Shown here: positions 45,989-55,211 of the stretch, piece after piece
Position numbering within the stretch: position 1 is the first letter of the stretch
Layout of the letters: every line of letters begins with the position of its first letter
DNA from: Actinomycetes bacterium
GTDB lineage: Bacteria > Actinomycetota > CALGFH01
Length of the DNA: 64,000 nt
Assembly (NCBI GenBank): GCA_036377075.1
Contig: DASUZB010000105.1
Coordinates: 6,759 to 70,758 of the forward strand
Direction: 5' to 3'
The notes under the pieces: model-generated
What the model was told of the DNA's origin: nothing
The model's input: only the letters and a program-made list of their open reading frames with translations
Databases searched by the model: none
Position numbers and translations under genes: made by a program

Positions 45989-48900
45989 GCCGGTCCCCCG
46001 CCCTGCTCGCCCGCCCGCCTGCGGTAGCGCTTCACCATCTCGGTCAGCGCCGGACCGCGCGGCCGGCGGCCGGGCCGGATGTCGCACGAGGTCACCTTGC
46101 TCTCCTGGATGTGGACGTTGGTGTCGAGCACGATGCCGAACAGGTCGTTGGCCACGTCGCCCTTGACCAGGCCATGGTGGCCCCAGTGCCAGGGGATGCC
46201 GACCTGGTGGACGACGGTGCCGTCGGCCGACAGCGCCTTGATCCGCGCGGTGACCAGCACCCTGGCCTCGATGGCCGCGCGCGCGGTGACGATCGTGGCC
46301 CAGCCGCCGTGCTCCAGCCCGCGCTCCGCGGCCAGCTCCGGGCCCACCTCGCAGAACAGCTCGGGCTGCAGCTCGGCCAGGTAGGGCAGGCCGCGGCTCA
46401 TGGCGCCGGTGGTGTGGTGATCGGTGAGCCGGTAGGTGGTGAGCACGTACGGGTAGGCGTCGGCACCCGGTCGGCCGTGGGACGGGTTGTAGCGGTTGCC
46501 CGGCCGGTCGTACACCTGGCGGGTGGGGCTGGCCTGCTGGCGGTAGAGCGGGTTGGGCAGTGGCGACTCGTGCGGCTCGTAGTGGGTCGGCAGCGGCCCG
46601 TCCGCCAGCCCGCTCGGCACGTACAGCCAGCCGAGCCCGTCGGCCTGCATGACGAACGGGCTGGTGCCGCTCAGCGCCTCCTCCGCCTCGGCGCCGTCGG
46701 GTGGCTCGTAGTCGGGCCGCGTCGTCGCCACGAAGTCGGGGTTGTCGTGGCCGGTCCACTTGCCCGCCTGCTCGTCCCACCAGACGTAGCGCTTGCGCTC
46801 CGACCAGGGCTTCCCGTCGGGGTCGGCGCTCGCCCGGTTGTAGAGGATGCGCCGGTTGTAGGGCCACGACCAGGCCCACTCCGGCGCCACCCAGGACTGC
46901 TCCCAGTGGGGCTTGCGGCGCGCCGCCTGGTTGGTCTCCTCGGCGTAGCAGCCCGAGTAGATCCAGCAGCCGCAGGCGGTGGAGCCGTCCTCCTTCAGGT
47001 CGAGGTAGCCGCTGACCGCCTTGCCGTCGGGGCCGACGCCGTTGACCTCGCGCAGCACCGCCTCGGCGCTCGGCTCCTCGATCTCCCCCTCGGTCGGGTA
47101 GTCCCACGTCAGGTCGAGGACGGGCCGGTCCTTCGGGTCGCTCGAGCCGGCCAGCTTCCGCCGGATGATGCGCCCGAGGTGGTAGTAGAACCACAGCTCG
47201 GAACGGCAGTCCCCGGGCGGCTCGACCGCCTTGTGGTGCCACTGCAGCAGCCGCTGGGTGTTGGTGAACGAGCCGTCCTTCTCCACGTGGGAGGCGGCCG
47301 GCAGCAGGAACACCTCGGTGCGGATGCGCTCGGTGGCCAGCTCCCCGGTCTCGATCTCGGGCGCGTCGTACCAGAACGAGGCCGACTCGATCTCGGTCAT
47401 GTCCCGCACCACCAGCCAGTCGAGGTTGGCCATGGCCTTGCGGTGCAGCGAGCCGTTGACCGAGCCGACGGCGGGGTTCTGGCCGGGCAGGAAGAAGCCC
47501 TTGACGCTGCCGTCGAGCATGCCGAGCACGGTCGGGAAGATGGAGTGGTCGCCGGTGAGGCGCGGCAGGTAGTCGAAGCAGAAGTCGTTGTCCGCCGTGG
47601 CCGCATCACCCCACCAGGCCTTCAGCAGGCTGATCAGGTAGCGGTCGACGTGGCCCCAGAAGCCGGCGGGGAGCTTCGCCTCCTCCAGGTAGGTGGCGAG
47701 GCTGTCGTGCGACGCCTTGGGCATCGGCAGGTAGCCGGGCAGCAGGTTGTAGAGGGTGGGGACGTCGGTCGAGCCCTGGATGGTGGCGTGCCCGCGAAGG
47801 GCCATGATGCCGCCGCCGGGCCGGCCGATGTTGCCGAGCAGCAGCTGGATGATCGAGGCGGTGCGGATGTACTGCACGCCGACGGTGTGCTGGGTCCAGC
47901 CGACCGAGTAGACGAAGGCGCTGGTCCGCTCGCGGCCTGAGTTCTCCACCAGCGCCCGGGCGACCTGCACGACCCGCTCGGGTGGCACGCCGCAGACCCG
48001 GCTGACCATCTCCGGGGTGTAGCGGCTGAAGTGGCGCTTGAGGACCTGGAAGACGCAGCGCGGGTGCTCGAGGGTGGGGTCGGCGTGCGGCGGGCTGCCG
48101 TGCTCCAGGCGGCCGCCGACGGCGCCGTGGTGCTCGGCCACGCCCATCTTGCCCTCGCGGGTCCCGGCGCCGGAGGCGACCTCCATGTCCTTGTAGGTCC
48201 AGGTGGCCGGGTCGTACTCGTGCCCCTCCGGGTCGTAGCCACTGAACAGGCCGTCGAGGTCCTCGGTGTCGGCGAAGCCGTCGTCGAGGATCACCGGCGC
48301 GTTGGTGTAGTTGACGACGTAGTCGCGGAACTCGTGGCCGCCCGAGAGGATGTGGTTGACGATCCCGCCGAGGAAGGCGATGTCGCTACCGGCCCGCAGC
48401 GGCACGTGCACGTCGGCGAGCGCGCTGGTGCGGGTGAACCTTGGGTCGACGTGGATCACCTGAGCTCCGCGAGCCTTTGCTTCCATCACCCATTGGAAGC
48501 CGACCGGATGGGCCTCGGCCATGTTCGAGCCCTGGATCACGATGCAGTCGGCGTTCTGGAGGTCCTGCTGGAAGGTGGTGGCCCCTCCACGGCCGAACGA
48601 GGTCCCCAGACCGGGGACCGTGGAGGAGTGTCATATGCGGGCCTGGTTCTCGATCTGGATCGCCCCGAGCGCGGTGAACAGCTTCTTGATGAGGTAGTTC
48701 TCCTCGTTGTCGATGGTCGCGCCGCCGAGGCTGGCGATGCCCATGGTCCGCTTGGTGACCTTGCCGGCCTGCTGCTCCTGCCAGGTCTGCTCGCGGGTGG
48801 CGATGACGCGGTCGGCGATCATCTCCATCGCCTGTTCCAGCGGGAGGTCCTCCCACTCGGTGCCGTAGGGCCGCCGGTAGCGCACCTTGGTGATGCGCGA

Positions 48901-49197
48901 CGGCGAGGTGACCAGCTGCTTGGTGGCCGAGCCCTTGGGGCACAGGCGCCCGCGGGAGATGGGGCTGGCCTCGTCCCCTTCGATCTGGGTGACCTGCCCG
49001 CCGGTGACGTAGACCTTCTGGCCGCAGCCGACCGCGCAGTAGGGGCAGACCGAGGCGACCACCCGGTCGGCGCGGCGGGTGCGCGGCTCGATCGCCGCCG
49101 AGCGCGGCGACTGCGCCGCGCGGCCGAGGCCGAGCCGGTCGCCGCCGCGGAGCTGCCGCGCCAGCGGCCAGCGGTCGAGCAGGCCGCGCAGGTCCAT
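45985..49197 (-). CDS. molybdopterin formate dehydrogenase alpha subunit, probable selenoprotein (in-frame UGA at 48633-48631)
   Basis: Track ORFs 48631..49902 and 45985..48540 are in the same frame. They are separated only by a TGA inside the motif IENQARI-U-HSSTVPGLGTSFGRG, which parallels E. coli FdnG/FdhF ...ARV-U-HGP.... The N-terminal Fe-S motif is CPYCAVGCGQ. ATG at 49197 has RBS gggagg. Confidence 0.85.
48584..48633 (-). promoter_or_regulatory. UGA codon plus bacterial SECIS-like hairpin
   Basis: The mRNA reads UGA CACUCCUCCAC GGUCCCC-GGUCU-GGGGACC ... CCGUGGAGG. The apical 7-bp stem starts 11 nt after the UGA and has a GGUCU loop, matching the spacing and loop of E. coli fdhF (GCA-GGUCU-GC). 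The lower stem pairs CCUCCAC with GUGGAGG. Confidence 0.75.
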
Positions 49198-49312
49198 GGC
49201 CGCCTCCCGATGGCTCGCAGGGCTCACCGAACTGAAGGGCAAGGCCGAGGATGACCCCGCCCGCATGCGTCCAAACGTCCCGAGCGGGGTGCGACCGGCC
49301 CCTCCCCCGCCG

Positions 49313-49912
49313 TCACCAGTGGCCCCGGTGCACCACCTCGTCGAGGCCGCGGCGCCGGCGGCGGGTGGCCGAGCCGACCGGGCGTTCGCCGGCCGCCGGG
49401 TAGCCGAGCGCGACGGCGCCGACCAGCCGGTGCCCCACTGGCACGCCGAGCTCGCGCAGCAGCCGCTGCTCGCCGTGGAAGACGCCGAAGAACCAGGCGC
49501 CGAGGCCGGCGTCGACGGCGGCGAGCAGCAGCAGCATCGCCGCCATGGCCGCGTCGAGGTCCCAGTACGGCAGCGGCCAGCCCTCCTCGGCGTCGAGGCC
49601 GAGCCCGGCCTTGTCCGGCTCGGCGTAGCGGTCGAGGTACGCCTGCCGGCTCGAGAGGACCAGGACGACCAGGGGCGCGCCGGAGCGGGCGCCGAGCGGC
49701 CGGCGCCACCTCGCCGGGTCGGTGGTGACCCGCCAGAACCGGTCCAGCTGCTCGGCGTCGTCGAGCACGACCAGGTCGACGCCCTGGGCGAAGCCGGCGG
49801 ACGGCGCCCGCATGGCGTGGGCGAGCACGCCGTCGAGCACCTCCCGCGGCGGTTGCCGGCCGTCGAAGCGGCGCACCATCCGCCGCCGCCGCACCACCTC
49901 ACCGAACTCCAT
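49313..49912 (-). CDS. nitroreductase family protein
   Basis: ATG at 49912. MEFGEVVRRRRMVRRFDGRQPPREVLDGVLAHAMRAPSAGFAQG is the typical nitroreductase N-terminus. About 199 aa. Confidence 0.8.
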   Translation of the reverse strand: MEFGEVVRRRRMVRRFDGRQPPREVLDGVLAHAMRAPSAGFAQGVDLVVLDDAEQLDRFWRVTTDPARWRRPLGARSGAPLVVLVLSSRQAYLDRYAEPDKAGLGLDAEEGWPLPYWDLDAAMAAMLLLLAAVDAGLGAWFFGVFHGEQRLLRELGVPVGHRLVGAVALGYPAAGERPVGSATRRRRRGLDEVVHRGHW

Positions 49913-50059
49913 CCGGCGTCCTCCTCCCGTCACCCGTGACGCCCGATGGTGACATCGACCACACTGGCAGGACGCCCGAGTCCCGCGGTGCGGCGGCGGG
50001 CGGGCGGAGGCTCGGCGATGCACGCCGGGTCACGGTGCGTCGGTGGGACGGTGGTAGGG

Positions 50060-51388
50060 ATGCGGCGCAGGCAGTTCATCGCGGGGACCGGGCTGGTCGG
50101 GGCGGGCGCGGTCGCCGGGCTCGCCGGCTGCGAGCCGGCGCCGCGGGCGGCGAGGCGGGACCAGGAGACCCCCGCCACCGCACCGGCGCCGCGCCCGGGG
50201 GACTGGGCGGCCGCGCGCGCGCAGTTCGACCTCGACCCGACCCTGTCGCACTTCTCCGCCTTCGTGCTCGCGCCGCACCCGGCGCCGGTGCGCGACGCGA
50301 TCGAGCGGCACCGGCGCGGCATGGACCGCGACGCCGTCGGCTACCTGCACGCCAACGAGGGCCGGCTGGAGGCCGAGGTGCGCAGCGCCGCCGCCGAGTA
50401 CCTCGGCGCCGCCCGGGACGAGCTGGCGCTCACCGACAGCACCACCATGGGCCTCGGCCTGCTGTACGGCGGCATCCGGCTGCGCCCGGACCAGGAGGTC
50501 GTGACCACCGAGCACGACTTCTACGCCACCCACGAGGCGCTGCGCCTGCGCGCCGAGCGGACCGGGGCGGCGGTGCGCCGGGTCGCCCTGTACGAGGAGG
50601 CCGCCTCGGTCACCGCCGCGGAGGTCCTCGGCTCGGTCCGCGCCGCGCTGCGCCCCAGGACGCGGGTGCTCGCGCTCACGTGGGTGCATTCGGGCACCGG
50701 GGTCGCCCTGCCGGTTCGGCGCATCGCCGGGGTGGTGGCGCGGGCCAACCGCCACCGCGACGAGGCCGACCGCGTGCTGCTGTGCGTCGACGGCGTCCAC
50801 GGCGTGGGCGCGCTCGACGCCGGCGTCGGCGACCTCGGCTGCGACTTCCTCGTGTCCGGCTGCCACAAGTGGCTGTTCGGCCCGCGCGGCACCGGCTTCG
50901 TGTGGGGCAGGGGCGCGGCCTGGGAGCAGGTCACCGGGACCATCCCGAGCTTCGATGGCCGCTCCATCGGCGCCTGGATCGACGGCGCGACGCCGGAGAC
51001 CCCGCCCGGGCCGGCGATGACCCCGGGCGGCTTCCACTCCTTCGAGCACCGCTGGGCGCTGGCCGAGGCGTTCCGCCTGCAGGCCACCCTCCAGCGCCGG
51101 CTGGTCGCCGGCCGCGTCCGCGAGCTGGCGCGCGGGCTCCGCCACGGCCTCGCCGCGATGCGCCACGTCCGGCTGGTCACTCCGGCCGCTGACGAGCTCT
51201 CGGCCGGCATCGTCTGCTTCGACGTCGACGGCCGGCGTCCGGGCAAGGTGGTCGAGCGCCTGCTGCAGCAGCGCGTCGCGGCCAGCGTGACGCCCTACGC
51301 CCAGGAGCACGTCCGCCTCGGCGCCAGCATCGTGACCGGCCCCGACGACGTCGAGCGGGCGCTCCGCGCCGTCCGCACGCTCGCCTGA
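50060..51388 (+). CDS. class V aminotransferase-fold PLP enzyme with Tat signal and lipobox
   Basis: MRRRQFIAGTGLVGAGAVAGLAGC contains a twin-arginine motif and an L-A-G-C lipobox. The PLP-lysine motif is SGCHKWLFGPRGTG. Confidence 0.8.
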   Translation: MRRRQFIAGTGLVGAGAVAGLAGCEPAPRAARRDQETPATAPAPRPGDWAAARAQFDLDPTLSHFSAFVLAPHPAPVRDAIERHRRGMDRDAVGYLHANEGRLEAEVRSAAAEYLGAARDELALTDSTTMGLGLLYGGIRLRPDQEVVTTEHDFYATHEALRLRAERTGAAVRRVALYEEAASVTAAEVLGSVRAALRPRTRVLALTWVHSGTGVALPVRRIAGVVARANRHRDEADRVLLCVDGVHGVGALDAGVGDLGCDFLVSGCHKWLFGPRGTGFVWGRGAAWEQVTGTIPSFDGRSIGAWIDGATPETPPGPAMTPGGFHSFEHRWALAEAFRLQATLQRRLVAGRVRELARGLRHGLAAMRHVRLVTPAADELSAGIVCFDVDGRRPGKVVERLLQQRVAASVTPYAQEHVRLGASIVTGPDDVERALRAVRTLA

Positions 51389-51394
51389 GGCGGC

Positions 51395-52315
51395 ATGGGC
51401 AGCGACGCGACCGCCGGCCGCGACGAGCTGTGGGCGCGGGCGGCCGCGAGGATCCTGGCGGCCCGTGGCTGGTCGCTGGCGCCGCTGGCACGGCTCGGGC
51501 GGCCGCGCGACGTGCGCCGAACCTGGCTGGCCGAGGGCGAGCCGGGGACGGTGGTGGTCAAGGCCGTCGCCAGCCGGTTCGCCAGCGAGCGGGCCGGGTG
51601 GGTGGGTGAGGCGCTGGCGCTGCTGCGGGCGCGGGGCTGCCCGGCGCCGGCGCTGCTGTGGCAGGGCCCGCTCGACGAGGACTGGTGGCTCTCGGTCCAG
51701 GAGCGCCGGCCCGGACGGCCGCTGCGCACCATGGACCCTGCCACGCTGGACCGGCTGCTCGCGCTCGTCGAGCTGCAGGCCGACCCCGCGCTCCCGCCGG
51801 GAGGATGGGACGTGTCCTGGTGGACGGGGGTGGTGCTGTTCGAGGGTTGGGAGCACTGGTGGGGCGAGACCCACGCGGTTGCGCCGGCGACCGCGGCACG
51901 GCTGCGGGAGTTCCTGGAGCCGGCCTGGGGCCACCGCCTCCCGACCGCCGACCTGGTGCACGGGGACCTCGGTCCCGCCAACGTGCTCGCCGACGGCGGC
52001 GTGATCTCGGGGGTGGTCGACTGGGACGACGTCGGCCTCGGCTCGCGCGCCACCGACCTGGCCGGCCTGCTGTTCGGCTGGCACCGGCTGCGGCTCGCGG
52101 GCGGCCCGGCGCTCGCGCCGGACGGCGGCGAGCGGCTGGTCCGGCGGATCGTCGCCGTCGCCGGCGAGGCGGGCCTGCGCTGCACCGTCGCCTACGGCGC
52201 GGTGGCGCGGCTCGGCCTGGCCGCCCAGCGCGGCGAGCGCGAAGACCTCGCGACCTGGCGCCAGGTCACCGACGCTATCCTCGCCAGCCTGTCCGGGGCC
52301 CTCTACGACAGGTAG
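51395..52315 (+). CDS. aminoglycoside phosphotransferase (APH)-like kinase family protein
   Basis: Brenner-type motif LVHGDLGPANVL followed by VVDWDDVGLGSRATDLA. It starts 7 nt after the upstream stop. Confidence 0.75.
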   Translation: MGSDATAGRDELWARAAARILAARGWSLAPLARLGRPRDVRRTWLAEGEPGTVVVKAVASRFASERAGWVGEALALLRARGCPAPALLWQGPLDEDWWLSVQERRPGRPLRTMDPATLDRLLALVELQADPALPPGGWDVSWWTGVVLFEGWEHWWGETHAVAPATAARLREFLEPAWGHRLPTADLVHGDLGPANVLADGGVISGVVDWDDVGLGSRATDLAGLLFGWHRLRLAGGPALAPDGGERLVRRIVAVAGEAGLRCTVAYGAVARLGLAAQRGEREDLATWRQVTDAILASLSGALYDR

Positions 52316-53532
52316 CCGGGGTGGAGCAGGGCCAGCTCGTGCGGGTGGGCGGCGATCAGGCGCAGCTCGTCGTCGGTGAGGGGCCGGCCGCTGGCGGCGT
52401 TGCAGAGCTGGACCAGCTTGAAGGTGAGGTCGCGGTCCTCGGCGGGGACCTCGAGGCCGAGGGCGTCCATCACGTGCTGGAAGCCGGCGCGGCCGCCGTA
52501 CTCGCCGGTGAGGACGACGCGGCCCTCGGTGGCCGCGTGGTCGTGCGGGAACGGGCCGAGGGTCTCGTCGTCGTACAGCTCGTAGTTGTGGCGGTCCTTG
52601 AGGGCGCCGTCGGCGTGGATGCCGGACTCGTGGGAGAAGGCGTTGCGGCCGACGCCTGGCTGGTTGACCGGGATCGGCTGGCCGAAGGCGTAGGCGGCCC
52701 AGAGGCCGAAGCGGCGTGCCCAGCTCAGGTCGATGGCGTCGCCGAGCGCGGCCCGCTCGCCCACGCCGAAGGCGTGCTGGAAGGCGAGGACGCAGCTCAG
52801 CAGGTCGGCGTTGCCGGCCCGCTCGCCGATGCCGTTGACGCAGGTGTTGACCCAGGCGTCCTGGCCGGCGTCGAGGTCGCCGAGGGCGCCGGACACCGAG
52901 TTGGCGACCGCCATGCCGAGGTCGTTGTGGCAGTGCGTCTCGATCGGCAGGCCCACGTCGGCGGCGAGGCGGGCGAAGCGGTCGCGGATGCGCGCCGGCG
53001 AGTCGCCACCGATGGTGTCGCAGTAGCGGATCCGGTCGGCGCCCGCCTCCTTGGCGGCGAGGGCGAACTCGGTGAGGTAGCCGTCGTCGGTGCGCGAGCC
53101 GTCCTCGGCGTTGACGCCGACGGTCTGCACCCCGGCCTGCTTGGCGGCCTGGGTCGCCTTGACCATCTCGTTGACCACCGCGGCGCGGTCCAGGCGGCCC
53201 TTGAACTTGTTGACGATCATCTGGTCCGAGGTGGAGATCGACAGGTTCATGTGCCGCAGGCCGAGCGGGGCCGCCTGCTCGACGTCGCCGGGCACGGCCC
53301 GGACCCAGCCGGACAGGCGCAGCTCGCCGAACGCGCCGGCCTCGGCGAGGGCGAGGTTGGCGCGCAGGTAGGGGACCTCGTGGAAGAGGGCGGGGAAGCC
53401 TGCCTCCGACTGCCGCACGCCCAGCTTGCCCAGGTACCAGTTGACCATCGTCTTGCCGAACTTGGAGAGGTTGACGCGGGCGGTCTGGACGCCGTCGCGG
53501 TTGGTCACGTCGAGCAGGTGGATGCGCGGCAT
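52303..53532 (-). CDS. HMGL-like homocitrate/2-isopropylmalate/citramalate synthase family enzyme
   Basis: ATG at 53532. Motifs: LLDVTNRDGVQ, EAGFPA, IETHCHNDLGMAVANS, VNGIGERAGNA, SHESGIHADG. It lacks a long LeuA regulatory C-terminal domain. Confidence 0.8.
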   Translation of the reverse strand: MPRIHLLDVTNRDGVQTARVNLSKFGKTMVNWYLGKLGVRQSEAGFPALFHEVPYLRANLALAEAGAFGELRLSGWVRAVPGDVEQAAPLGLRHMNLSISTSDQMIVNKFKGRLDRAAVVNEMVKATQAAKQAGVQTVGVNAEDGSRTDDGYLTEFALAAKEAGADRIRYCDTIGGDSPARIRDRFARLAADVGLPIETHCHNDLGMAVANSVSGALGDLDAGQDAWVNTCVNGIGERAGNADLLSCVLAFQHAFGVGERAALGDAIDLSWARRFGLWAAYAFGQPIPVNQPGVGRNAFSHESGIHADGALKDRHNYELYDDETLGPFPHDHAATEGRVVLTGEYGGRAGFQHVMDALGLEVPAEDRDLTFKLVQLCNAASGRPLTDDELRLIAAHPHELALLHPGYLS

Positions 53533-53585
53533 GGGAAGCCTCCGGGTCACGGGGGACACGTCGCCACGTTGCCGAGGTGGCCTCG

Positions 53586-53613
53586 ATATTGTCAATATTG
53601 ATCTGTAATCAAT
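53586..53613. promoter_or_regulatory. two overlapping AT-rich palindromes in a divergent intergenic region (candidate operator)
   Basis: ATATTG-T-CAATAT at 53586-53598 and ATTGAT-ctgta-ATCAAT at 53597-53613. Both sit in an otherwise GC-rich 104-bp spacer between starts 53532 (-) and 53637 (+). Confidence 0.45.
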
Positions 53614-53636
53614 GCGCGTGCGGGGGAGGCCTGGGC

Positions 53637-54980
53637 ATGGCGGCACGGGCGCGGCAGCGGCTCAGCAGCGCGGAGGCGGCCAGGCGGCTGGGGGTCAAGC
53701 CGGCGACGCTGTACGCCTACGTCAGCCGCGGGCTGCTGCGCAGCGAGCGGGCACCGGGCGGGCGCGGCTCCACCTTCGACCCGGCCGAGGTGGAGCGGCT
53801 CACCCGCCGCAGCCGCCGGCGTGCCCTCACCGCCGGCCCCGAGCTGGTGATCGCCTCGGAGCTGACCAGCATCGACGGCGGCGTGCTGCGCTACCGCGGG
53901 CTGGACGCCACCGAGCTGGCGGGGCGCCACCGCTTCGAGCAGGTGGCCGAGCTGCTGTGGACCGGCCGTCTGGGCGAGGGCGGTCGGTGGCGTGCCGACC
54001 CCGCGGCGGTCGCGGTCGCGACCGTCTGCCAGGACGCCCTGCCCGCCGGCACCCTGCCGCTCGACCGGCTGCGGGTGGCGGCGGCGGCGCTCGCCGCCAG
54101 CGACGAGCTCCGCTTCGAGCTGCACCCGTCGGCCGTGGTCGCGACCGGCCGCGCGCTGATCGCCGGCCTGGTGGAGTCCCTGCCCGAGCTGGGCGCGGCG
54201 GCGGGCGGAGGCGGCCCTCTGTCCACCGGGGGGCTACCGCCTCGCTCCTCGAGCCCGCCGGACCCCCCGCCGCGCGGCGGGACGGTCGCGGCCAGGCTCT
54301 GGCCGCGGCTGTGCCCGTCGCGGCCGCGGCCGGGCATGGTCGAGGTGCTCGACGCGGCGCTGGTGCTCGCCGCCGACCACGAGCTGGCCGCGTCGGCGGT
54401 GGCGGCACGGGTGGCCGCCTCGGTCCAGGCCGACCCGTACGCGGTCGTCGGCGCCGGCCTCGGCGCCGTCAGCGGCGCCCTCCACGGCGGCGCCTCGCTG
54501 GCGGCGGAGACCCTGCTGGCCGAGATCGGCACGCCGGAGCGGGCCACGCGGGTGATCGGCGACCGGCTGCGCTGGGGCGAGCAGGTCCCCGGGCTCGGCC
54601 ACTCCCTCTACCCGGACGGCGACCCGCGCGCCGCCTCCCTGCTCGACCGCCTCGGGCGGGAGGCAACAGGCAGCAGGCGCCTGGCGGTGGTCGAGGCGGT
54701 CGCCGACGCCGTGGAACGCCGCCGGCTGCCCGCGCCGAACGTGGACTTCGCGCTCGCCGCGCTCGCCTTCGTCGCGGGCATGACCAGGGGCGCCGCCGAG
54801 ACCGTGTTCGCGGTCGCGCGCATCGCCGGCTGGCTGGCCCACGCCCTCGAGGAGTACGAGCGGCGCACGCCCCTCCGCCCGCGCGCGCTCTACACCGGGC
54901 CACCGGCCCGGTCGCTACCGGATTCCACTGATCCGCCGGGAAAAGCAGGGCAGGCACCAAAACCGTTGCGACTTCGTTAG
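53637..54980 (+). CDS. citrate synthase-like protein with N-terminal excisionase/MerR-type HTH
   Basis: N-terminal LSSAEAARRLGVKPATLYAYVSRGLL (HTH_17-like). The citrate synthase core retains LHGGAS, PGLGHSLYPDGDPRA and PNVDFALAAL. There is an internal low-complexity Gly/Pro/Ser insert. Confidence 0.8.
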   Translation: MAARARQRLSSAEAARRLGVKPATLYAYVSRGLLRSERAPGGRGSTFDPAEVERLTRRSRRRALTAGPELVIASELTSIDGGVLRYRGLDATELAGRHRFEQVAELLWTGRLGEGGRWRADPAAVAVATVCQDALPAGTLPLDRLRVAAAALAASDELRFELHPSAVVATGRALIAGLVESLPELGAAAGGGGPLSTGGLPPRSSSPPDPPPRGGTVAARLWPRLCPSRPRPGMVEVLDAALVLAADHELAASAVAARVAASVQADPYAVVGAGLGAVSGALHGGASLAAETLLAEIGTPERATRVIGDRLRWGEQVPGLGHSLYPDGDPRAASLLDRLGREATGSRRLAVVEAVADAVERRRLPAPNVDFALAALAFVAGMTRGAAETVFAVARIAGWLAHALEEYERRTPLRPRALYTGPPARSLPDSTDPPGKAGQAPKPLRLR

Positions 54981-55211
54981 GCGCGTCGCGGTCACCGCCC
55001 CCCTTCCCGATCATCTCGAAATTCCCGAGGTGCCTTACCGAATTACGCGCGCCACCAGGCCGTTCGTGAACAATTGCGTCCCGGCGTAATGATGGGAGAT
55101 TTCGACCGTATTTTGTTCCAGGACCGCACCCAGGTGCATTAGCATCTGCCCCCTGTCCTGGCGCCGGAGGTGGGAGGCGTGGCGCCATCGCTTTTCGCCC
55201 GGAGGGATTGC

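Noticed and set aside
55035-55145. 36-codon minus-strand small ORF (MLMHLGAVLEQNTVEISHHYAGTQLFTNGLVARVIR) in the lower-GC spacer upstream of the secreted BNR gene.
   Set aside because: It has no RBS, its codon usage is atypical for this genome, and conservation cannot be assessed. The region is more likely promoter or leader sequence.
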